Part shown: one piece after another, positions 54,733 through 64,000 of the stretch
Layout: each line of letters starts with the position of its first letter
Position numbering within the stretch: the first letter of the stretch is position 1
Assembly: GCA_020137815.1 (NCBI GenBank)
Contig: CM035362.1
Span: 4,774,001 to 4,838,000, forward strand
Length of the DNA stretch: 64,000 nucleotides
Reading direction: 5' to 3'
Source of the DNA: Hormiphora californensis
Taxonomy: Eukaryota; Animalia; Ctenophora
Program-made: the position numbers and the translations under genes
The notes under the pieces: model-generated
Seen by the model: the letters and a program-made list of their open reading frames with translations, nothing else
What the model was told of the DNA's origin: nothing
Database searches by the model: none

Positions 54733-56658
54733 CCCAGGTCAAAATTGTTGACAATGTAGCAATGCGCTTGCCAGCACATTTTGGTAAACTCCCAGCACAT
54801 TTTGAAACTTAAAAATTAAATTGAGTTTGGCGTGCTCCAATTGGTCCATAGATTGTCGACATTAGGTGCTATTTTTGATCGATTCTACTAGTAGAGGCAA
54901 TAATTACACTCACCTCCTCTGATTTCTATGAAACTTCTCCCATGCTAAGAGGTGGCAATAGAGGTTCAAATACCGCTGAGTTTAAGTCTGAACAATGTTC
55001 GGTTCGTTAATTATCGCTAATTGAAAAACGCCAAAATGGCCTAAAATCGCCCTAAGTTCCGAATTGAAATTTTGGAGTTGAGACTCCAGACTTCGTGGAG
55101 ATGTCCGCTAGGATGACAATATGCACCAAAATCGGACGAAAGCCTAAATTCGTCCGAATTCGGTACGAAAAGCCGGGTAGACTGAATTTTGGTCACGTGA
55201 CATGGGTCCAAAATCAGTTTTTTGCCATTTACGCCTTTCCTGTACGTCGGAGACTAAAAATATGGCCAGTACTTGTCATTTCCGTCGCTTTCTGCATCTT
55301 TTAAGCCCCCTATAAATATCCCTTACTTCAACGGTTCAGTAGTTAGAGTTTTTCAGGAGACTAAATGACGTCAATTCTGAACCGTTGAAGTAAGGGATAT
55401 TTATAGGGGGCTTAAAAGATGCAGAAAGCGACGGAAATGACAAGTACTGGCCATATTTTTAGTCTCCGACGTACAGGAAAGGCGTAAATGGCAAAAAACT
55501 GATTTTGGACCCATGTCACGTGACCAAAATTCAGTCTACCCGGCTTTTCGTACCGAATTCGGACGAATTTAGGCTTTCGTCCGATTTTGGTGCATATTGT
55601 CATCCTAGCGGACATCTCCACGAAGTCTGGAGTCTCAACTCCAAAATTTCAATTCGGAACTTAGGGCGATTTTAGGCCATTTTGGCGTTTTTCAATTAGC
55701 GATAATTAACGAACCGAACATTGTTCAGACTTAAACTCAGCGGTATTTGAACCTCTATTGCCACCTCTTAGCATGGGAGAAGTTTCATAGAAATCAGAGG
55801 AGGTGAGTGTAATTATTGCCTCTACTATACAGAAAAAGTTACTATGTCAATTATATGGCCTCTCTACCACCGGTCGCGAAGCAAATTTCTCTAATAAACG
55901 TCCTAGGGTGTTCCAATTGGTCTATATTTACTCCTTATAACCGTGGATAGTCGATAAATTGAGTTTTAGGGGGTGCTGGCTGGGTGCTGGCATCCAGCAA
56001 TGGGGCAGCAATGGATCGATTTTACAGAAAAAGTTACTATGTCAATATGGCCTCTCTGCCACCGGTCGCGAGGGAAATTTCTCCAATAAACGTCCTAGGG
56101 TGTTCCAATTGGTCTATATTTACTCCTTATAACCGTGGATAGTCGACAAATTGAGTCTTAGGGGGTGCTGGCTGGGTGCTGGGAACCAGCAATGGGGCAG
56201 CAATGTAAACGTGTCTCATTGCTGCATATTGCTGGATGCCAGCACCCATCTTTCACCCCCTAAGACTCAATTTAGCGACTATCCACGGTTATAGGGAGTA
56301 AATATAGACTAATTGGAAAACCCTAGGGTACGTTTATTGGAGAAATTTCCCTCGCGACCGGTGGCAGAGAGGCCATATTGACATAGTAACTTTTTCTGTA
56401 AAATCGATCCATTGCTGCCCCATTGCTGGATGCCAGCACCCAGCCAGCACCCCCTAAAACTCAATTTATCGACTATCCACGGTTATAAGGAGTAAATATA
56501 GACCAATTGGAACACCCTAGGACGTTTATTAGAGAAATTTGCTTCGCGACCGGTGGTAGAGAGGCATTATTGACGTCAACGTGCAATAGCAAAATTCCAG
56601 CACTTTTAGAATCCCAAAATTCCCATTGCCAGCACTTTTTCAACAATTTTGACCTGGG
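54733..56658. mobile_element. Non-autonomous TIR element with internal direct and inverted repeats of about 190 bp
   Basis: TIRs CCCAGGTCAAAATTGTTGA/TCAACAATTTTGACCTGGG, inserted in a poly-C run (8 C on the left). Units at 55829-56205 are mirrored at 56217-56566. Confidence 0.8.
54889..55827. mobile_element. 939-bp palindromic element with TAG...CTA termini and 3-bp TSD (Academ-like, non-autonomous), nested in the previous element
   Basis: Arms 54889-55339 and 55377-55827 appear to be exact reverse complements; TAC duplicated at 54886-88 and 55828-30; the empty site is visible in the host repeat (GATCGATTTTACAGAAAAAG, about 56014-56033). Confidence 0.85.
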
Positions 56659-58461
56659 CCCCCCCCCCTATCCAACCCCAATTCCATCTTTATTCTCTAA
56701 CCCCCATCCCCCAGGGAGTGATGGGTTATTTCCTGGCACGAATCCAACAATACCTCTGGGTATACCTGGCGAGAAACTGCGGTTCAGGCAACACATGGGC
56801 AATGAAATGGTACATTACGCCTGTGACTGGTGGGATGCGGGTCGAGATACTGGGGTGTACTGATAGGAGCTGTTTTGATATTAATTCACATGCCAAGGTA
56901 TGATAGGATTGGGTCTTTAATTGTAACCCCTCCAATCTCCATCTCCCCTTTAGCACTGTCAATTCTCTGTCCCATGATTCATGTCGACTTCAATAACGTG
57001 TGCGATATGAAAGGGACCAACCTCCCATCTCCTACCATTTACTAACACCCCCCCCCCTCCCAGGCAGCATCTGGTAGCACACCAGCGCCTTGCAGATCCT
57101 GTCTCTAGGGAACGGAAGTTACCCTGAACAAGGCAGTCCTGGGTAAATAATGTCAGAGAGAAACACTACGTGTACAACGACAATGTTATCAATATATGTG
57201 TAATATATGAGTTATGTTACAATATCGTTGGACAATTCAAGGGACACTTGCGTTTATTTATCAGTGTGTTTGTGTGTTTTCAAACTTATTATTGCTGTAT
57301 AAAATGGGACCATCTGATTTAAGTTTAGGATGAAGTTTAGGATGAATAATGTCTGTTGCACCTGTAGTGAGAAAATGAGTTCGTTCCGAGTTGCCTAAAT
57401 GTTTTTTGTTACCCGGATATACAATGTGAAAGTTCTAAATTAAACATCTATTTCAGAGATGTGTGTAATTTATTGGTAATTCTACTTATTAGAACAATTG
57501 AAACCTGTCTCATTCAATTTGTTTCCGGGTTGATGATCTGGTTTTATTTTGGGCCGTGAAATTAGGCCAGGTGGTGGTGGTGACAGATCTCACAGGAAGA
57601 TGAGTAGAAAATCTCTCCTCGAAATTCCGTGCTTTTTAAAATCTCAAACATGACAAATCCTTGTGTTTTACCACAGCTTGTCGTCAGATGCACCACAAGC
57701 TCGAATGATTATTCATATATTAATTAAAATCATTCTGTGCCCAATCACCTAATCTTCGTTGGGAAAACACTGAGATTGTCTCGTATAAGACTCATCTCCA
57801 CACAGAGTCCTGAGAGCTCTTATTATCAACTCCGCACAAACACTAGCTGGATATGACCGCGCGAGCTGTACAAACGTTAGTACTGTCAGCACTCGTTTAG
57901 AATGTTCGATCCTTCCACGCGCAGTGTTCCCGCGAAAGTCTGTGGGTTCACACCCATCACCGACATCACCATTGTTGCAATTATGAGAAAACTAGGGTAG
58001 GGCGGAGTAAGATTTTTTTTGGAGGTTAAAGGGGGACTTCCAACGCTTCTTTCAGTAGCTGCATGATAAGCTACGCGATAGGCGTGTTGCTTTATTTTCC
58101 ACAATGGTCAAAATCACTATTGTTGATCTGCTGGGCTAAATAAGCACATTTACGCCTACCCAATCAAGCTGCATACACCTACAACAATTCCCTAACAGTC
58201 AAAAAAAACTTGGGGTTTCAAAGTTTTCTGGTTTTCCTGAAAAAGGCAAAAAACGACAGGTCATCGACCGCGCAAATGTCACTTGCGCAAATCGTTTGTC
58301 CCAAATCGCGCGTTTGGGTCCACTGTGCGGCCAAAGACAACTCAAAATTTGTTGGACTTTTTCAAAGTTTCTTTTTCAAAGTTTCTTTAAATTTTTTAAA
58401 ATTGTTTCTTCCGAGTCATCTACATTCTACTGGGAATCAGAAATGGTGTAATCCATTTATA

Positions 58462-61400
58462 ATGTACAAGCAAACTCGTCAAGCATATCCCTCTCAACCA
58501 GCCGCACATTTGTAAGTTGTGCAAAAGAATAAAATCTAAACTTTCACGAATTAATTCCAACCCTGGCGTTTGTAACTTGTTTTAAACTGTGTCTTCTCAT
58601 TGCAGGTCATCCAATTCAGCTGCGGATAGGTTGCACATAGGAAGGACACAATCAAATCCTTCTAGGGGAGGTTTGCCTCATGGAACTGAACGAAAATATG
58701 TCCACAATCCAGATAATTATCACTTGAGTTCCAGCGCTTACCCAGAGGCTTACAAAGCTCAGTATCAATCAGAGCAGTATGAACATGAATATCAGGAATC
58801 AGAATATGGATACAAGCAGTACGAGTTACAAACAATCCCTCAACATCAAACAAACATTCAAAGGCAACAACCAGTTGCCCAACGATCCCTCCATTCCATG
58901 CCCACACGACAACAAGTCATTCCCCAAAGGCAACAAGTCATTCACCAAAGGCAACATGAGATCCCTCAATCACAACATGATTATCATCTTCACCAACAGC
59001 ATCTCGAGGCTCAATATCAGCAGCAGCAGCAGCAGGAACAGCCAATATACTACGACCCGAACATAGACCAGACGGCAGCTGATCCTTACGACAACTATCC
59101 AGACCCCGGGTTCCAATCTCGCCAGTATCAACAAGAAGAGTGGGGAAATATCCCTGCTGCGGTTGTCACACAAGATAGTCACTCCAGAAGCGGATCCCGC
59201 GGATTAGAAACATCTTCTCCTCCTCCTCCTCCACCAAGAGGAGCTGCTAGAACGCAACCTTCTACCCGGCAGCCGCGTGGTGTTGCTCCTAGGGTTTCTG
59301 CTGATCCTCGCACTGCAAGAGTTTCAAGTTCAGCTCCGCAGCCAGGGGGTAGAGTTTCAAGTTCTACTCCACATTCAAGTACACAAGCTCCTTCAAGAGC
59401 TGCCCCACCTGTCCAAGCTCCCTCAAGAGCTGCCCCACCTGCCCAAGCCCCTTCCAGAGCTGCCCCACCTGCCCAAGCTCCCTCAAGAGCTGCCCCACCT
59501 GCCCAAGCTCCCTCAAGAGCCGTGCCCCCTGCTAGGCGAGTTGTTACCAAAAAGGTGCTCCCCGGAGGAGCAAGGGCACCACCAACTGCATCAGAGCCTA
59601 CCTTTGAGGCAATACAGGAGAGTCTGGCAACAATCCAGCGGTCCGGAGTTTCAGCTAAATGGGACAAACTACCCAAAGAAACAGCATCATCACGTTCACA
59701 AGAACCCACTCCTTCATCTTCTTCTACTCAGCAAACCAAGAAAACTGAGGACATCACTGACAGGTGAGGAGTTGTTTGTTTGTTGGTTAGATCTGTTACT
59801 TAGAGCTCCTTTCATTGCCCAGTTAAGTACGGTTTTTGTTGTTTTCCCAGTTGATATTTTATTGTTATCCCACAGTTCGGACGTAAACTCGTTAATGGAG
59901 ATGATGGTGGAAAAAATGAAGAAGGGAGAGGTAGCTCCAGAATTGAAAGCCAAATTAATGAAAATTTCAATGGAGTTGGTTAGTGAGTGGGGAAGTGAAG
60001 ATAAACCCGCCAAGGAAAAGGAGCGGGAAAAATCGGGAAGCCGTGATAGGTATGAAACATCAAACATGTTTGAAATTAGACGGGTGTGACTGTTTCAGGT
60101 GTTATTGTCATTCACAAACCCTCAATTTTATAGGAAACGATCCGGTAGTCACCAGCAGTCCTCCAGCCGGTCCTCGAAATCTTCCCGTCGGTCTAGATCC
60201 CGGGAAAGGAATAGAAGCAAATCCCCTCGAAGACGAAGCAAATCTCGGGAAAGAAAACGGAGTAAATCTCGTGAAAGAAAACGAAGCAAATCCCCTCGAA
60301 AACGAAGCACGTCACGAGAACGGAATCGTGGAAGAAAACGTAGCACTTCCAAGGAAAGACCGAGGCGAGACAAATCACGTTATCGAAACCGGAGATCACG
60401 AGAAAGAAGGAGAAGATCACTTGACAGTAGGAGGAGTGACGAGGGACATGATGATAAGGAGGCCGATGAAGCTATTAAAAAACACAAGGACAAGTACCCG
60501 ATACTTGCTGCAACTGTTACTGCAGTCGATGCTAAGGTATTTAAACACTTTCATGGTCAAACTTCAATCGAGGACATTACCGACTGACTGAAGCAATGAT
60601 CTAAGCTAACCACTCCCTTGCTAAATGACGTGTAGTCAGAATAACTTGAAACAGTACTTCTAATAAACCGTTCACTTCAGGCGGCTATGGAAAGCTCAGC
60701 AGAGTTAGCGATGGCAAATGCAATCCCTACCCCTATGATGGCACATCCATACAGTACGTAGCATCAGCCAAATTATTCTTGAATTATTATCGATTAGGTG
60801 TTAATTCCTTGCCTGGCTAGACTGTGTTTCGGGCGCCCCGCCCCCGAATCACAAATGTAAAGGGAGGGTTAGAACATAGCAATTAATTCCCACTCCTTTC
60901 AGATATCCCTCTAATCGGGGATGGTATTGGCACGTTGCCAATGGTATGGCCCGGATCTGGTCTTCTCCCGCCACCTCCCTCGATATTGCCCTCCTTTTCC
61001 AGCAATTTGGTGTTTCCCCAACAGCGAGAGTTTCCCTCCACATACAGCCATCTCCCGCAAACAGGGGTTAGTGTAAAACTTAATTAGCGAATAACTAGGT
61101 CATGTTTGGATCTTTAAATAGGTTGCTATTGTGAGGAACATGTATTTTCTGTGGCCCCGCTCCTTAGTCAACCCATTTTAAAAGTGTGGATGTTTATAAT
61201 CCCCCTTGCCAAGCTAGACTGCCATAAAAAGGGGTTGAAGAAAACAAAATCCCTCTTCCCTCCAGATGTTACCACCACCGACTCCAACTGTAGAATTCGC
61301 TCCTCCGCAAGTAGCCCCCAAGAAGAGCAATCTTCTCAAATGTGTTCCTTGTGGGTTCACTTTCAAAACAAAGAAGGTGAGAATCTTGTTTTTTGATGAT

Positions 61401-63151
61401 TGTGTAGTGTGGAAACACCATAAAATTCGAAGATTAGGATAATTGTAAATTTTGTCCCACTAGAAAACCCTGATGGTGCTATTATATATGAATTAGCAGA
61501 TATTCAATAACACATATCCCCCCTTATAGCCCCTTCTGGATCACATTGACACGGTGCACCATAAGGATCTCTACACTAAGTACCTACACAAGCGGTCCAA
61601 GAAGTGTTATCCGTGTGATATCTGCCTGTTAGTGTTTACATCCCTGACAGAGCTTGGAGAGCACAAACTTAGTGAGGTGCATCTGACAAAATCATCGGTA
61701 AGCATATTTTTCCCAGAATAGTACATTATATATTGCATAAACGCACGAATTTGAGAAGTAGGAGTTAGAACATTGGTTTTTTGCAAAAAACCATCAAAAA
61801 TCTTTCAGTTTAAAACTCCTCTCACCATTGTTCAAATTGCCTAGCTAGACTGCGTTTCGCTCTTTACAAATGTAAAGGAGGGTTAAAACATAACAACGTT
61901 CAAACAGGTTTCAGGAGTTAAGGAGGCGGCGCTAAGTGAGGGCGTCCCACAAGCATCGTCAGCAAGGGTAACAGCGCAGGAAAAGAAGACGGAGAGCAAG
62001 GAGGAAGAGTTTGGTAAAACATTCTGTTACCCGTGCAGGATCAAGTTTGATTCGGCCGAGGTAGGTTACTATCAATGGTAATGTATTAATTGCACTGAAC
62101 TGCTGTAGACATCACCCACTCACTTCATACACACACAACACCCACACACATGACCAAGCCTGTACGACAGGTTATTGATCACCGGCTGTATTACAGCACG
62201 AGAGAGCCGTCACTAGTATCGTGCAGTGATCCGTAGGTTACTATGTTATTATTATTGTTATTAACCTTGTTATTGTTACCCTTTTTATCCTTGATCTACT
62301 CCTAGTACCCCGATTTATTGCAGGGGTTTGCAATTATATCGGGGCACTGGGGATCTAATATCTATCGAACCCCCTCACAGAGCGGTGTGGGCCTCACAAA
62401 ATTGCACGCATATCAGTCATCACCTGAAATAGTTTTTTGTTAGAGTGTGCCATTTTCTGTTCTATTTGGGTGCCTTCAATAACACCCAGTACCCGCATCT
62501 TGGTAATGAAACTACCCTTCCGCGCTAGAATATGCAATATAATAACAGGGGTGACTTCGTAACCAAACCCGCATCCCTGATGATCTGAACAAATCCAAAA
62601 ACCCTTCTAATTAGTGTTTTAACCTGCAGAACCTGATCAAACATCAAGCGGGAGAGAAACACGCCCTAAAGGTGAAGGAGCTGTATCAGGACGAACACCC
62701 TCCCCCGGCCCAGATCTGTCATGTGTGCAATATCTGGTTTACCAATGGACATGAGCTGGCTAACCACGAGCTACTTCTGATACACAAACAGGTAATTACA
62801 TGTCATATTGCAATATATTGTCATGTAAAACATGTGCTATAATATATACCAGCTGTAACTGAAGCTTTGCTGTTTAGCTCTGGATTGATTTGAAAATCAT
62901 TGAATTTTTTGCAACCTTCAGTCATTATTAATGTACACCGAGGGTCTCACACTACATTCACCATTTATGTTCATCTGGGCACGTCAACTCTACTCAACAT
63001 GAGCTGAAGCATGTAACCGACTTCTCCTTCGTTTTATCAGAAAAGGGCGGTCCTAACAAGAGTAGGCCTGATTATTGATATTGAGACTGGAGCAATTCAT
63101 TGGGCAGTACCTTCTTGTGCTGGGTCAGCCATGGCTCCTAAAGAGGATGTG
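58462..63151 (+). CDS. Low-complexity Q/Y/P-rich, RS-domain protein with four C2H2 (matrin/U1-like) zinc fingers; 3'-partial
   Basis: Exons 58462-58511, 58606-59763, 59876-60049, 60134-60536 (RSRSRERNRSKSP...), 60681-60753, 60903-61066, 61266-61376, 61530-61697, 61908-62060, 62630-62791, 63041-63151; all phases compatible. Fingers: CVPC..H....H, CDIC..HKLSEVH, CYPC..HQAGEKH, CHVC..HELLIH. Confidence 0.8.
59382..59532 (+). repeat. Coding 30-bp tandem repeat, (QAPSRAAPPA) x5
   Basis: Unit CAAGCTCCCTCAAGAGCTGCCCCACCTGCC. Confidence 0.9.
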
Positions 63152-63244
63152 GTCAGTGATCTAATCGTTGCGAGGATTTTTCACAAATTTGTATTTAGAT
63201 ATTTAAATATGCTCCTATTATTACTGGTACTCATAATACCACTA

Positions 63245-64000
63245 GGCCGGTGTACAATTGTTTACTCTAAATTTCTGTGAAAACTAGAACTTGTTTGCTT
63301 GCTCTAAAGCAAAGTTATAGCCGTTTAAACACGTGTGGAGCAAAATTCTGCGGAGCCCCCTCTACAGGAGATGTTTTTCATCCTTTCTCCTTGAAATTAT
63401 AGTAAATATACAATCAAATTATTTCTAGCTATACTGTTTAAAAATTAAAAGTCAGGAACTCAAATTGTGCGGAGCACATCGATTTTTTGTAGCAAATCTT
63501 ACTCTTTGGGGTTACTTAAAGTTACTTTACATTTTATTCATAAACTATTAGATTCTAGAGACATTTTAGGAGCTCTTCAAGTCATTAACTTGATCAAAAC
63601 ATTTACTCAAATTTGTGTGGAGCTGATTTTTCCTAGCCGATAATTTATTCCAAATTTAATCGACGGAAGATCTGCAGCTATACTTCCAAATAGAGTAATA
63701 AATCGAAAAGTAATAGGAGTAGCTTCTTGAAATAGGTCAATTAAGTTAGCAAAATGATAGTGGAGCAATATAAATGTATATTTCGAAGATACTGACTCAA
63801 AATATGTGGAGCAAATGAGCTTTTTTTGACAAAAACTGCTCCACATTGTTTGAGTTGTGTTTTAACGGGTTATTGATGTTGGAAATTAGTTGTCTAGATA
63901 ATTTGGCACCAAACAGGTATTACTTTAACCACAAAAATTAGCTCAAATTGTGCGGAGAAGCCCCTGAAGGAGCATTATTTTTTCTAGATAGTCATGAAGG
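63245..64000. mobile_element. Probable DNA-transposon remnant with repeated subterminal motifs (runs off the window)
   Basis: AT-rich; about 8 dispersed TG(T/C)GGAGC-type motifs, often as CTCAAATTGTGCGGAG. Confidence 0.4.

Larger units (their letters stand above)
54101..57108 (+). other. Possible spliced transcript or decayed gene of unknown product
   Basis: AG/GT-bounded exon-like blocks 54101-54219, 54369-54548 and 56715-56897, plus an acceptor at 57063. No clean continuous ORF. Confidence 0.3.

Noticed and set aside
61394-61473. Possible intronic C/D snoRNA (TGATGA ... CTGA)
   Set aside because: No terminal stem, and no rRNA or snRNA-complementary guide that I can identify.
1-64000. tRNA, rRNA or autonomous transposase genes
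   Set aside because: None recognised by eye; the cloverleaf at 28579-28766 is too large and lacks tRNA A/B boxes.

Overview
Eukaryotic (animal) genomic DNA with GT-AG spliced genes and many transposons; there is no prokaryotic signal. A ctenophore such as Pleurobrachia is plausible, but only from my recollection of the 109-bp MITE, and this is unverified. Five protein-coding genes can be built by hand: LRRC49 (+, 5'-partial, 1-14037); an intronless cadherin-like beta-sandwich/RING/TRAF-zinc-finger/TPR/RGG gene (+, 14761-17994, broken by 1-nt insertions); a polypeptide GalNAc-transferase (+, 19263-27886); a RIAM/lamellipodin-like RA-PH-proline-rich adaptor that also carries a C-terminal SH2 domain (-, 46484-30091); and an RS-domain/C2H2 zinc-finger gene (+, 58462 to beyond 63151). 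Mobile DNA comprises two near full-length CR1/L2-group LINEs, 11 copies of a 109-bp hAT-like MITE, and several long palindromic non-autonomous DNA transposons, some nested. Best leads: (1) both divergent LINEs carry an in-frame A_AAA_AAC slippery heptamer near the ORF1 end with ORF2 in the -1 frame, and one has no usable ORF2 ATG, suggesting programmed -1 frameshifting; (2) the MRL+SH2 hybrid adaptor; (3) repeated tandem duplications centred on splice sites; (4) palindromic elements whose two arms share copy-specific substitutions; (5) a MITE carrying a phased CCAAT/E-box/CCAAT module. Clustered 1-nt insertions in exons and one garbage-like block suggest residual long-read consensus errors, so frameshifts should be treated cautiously.
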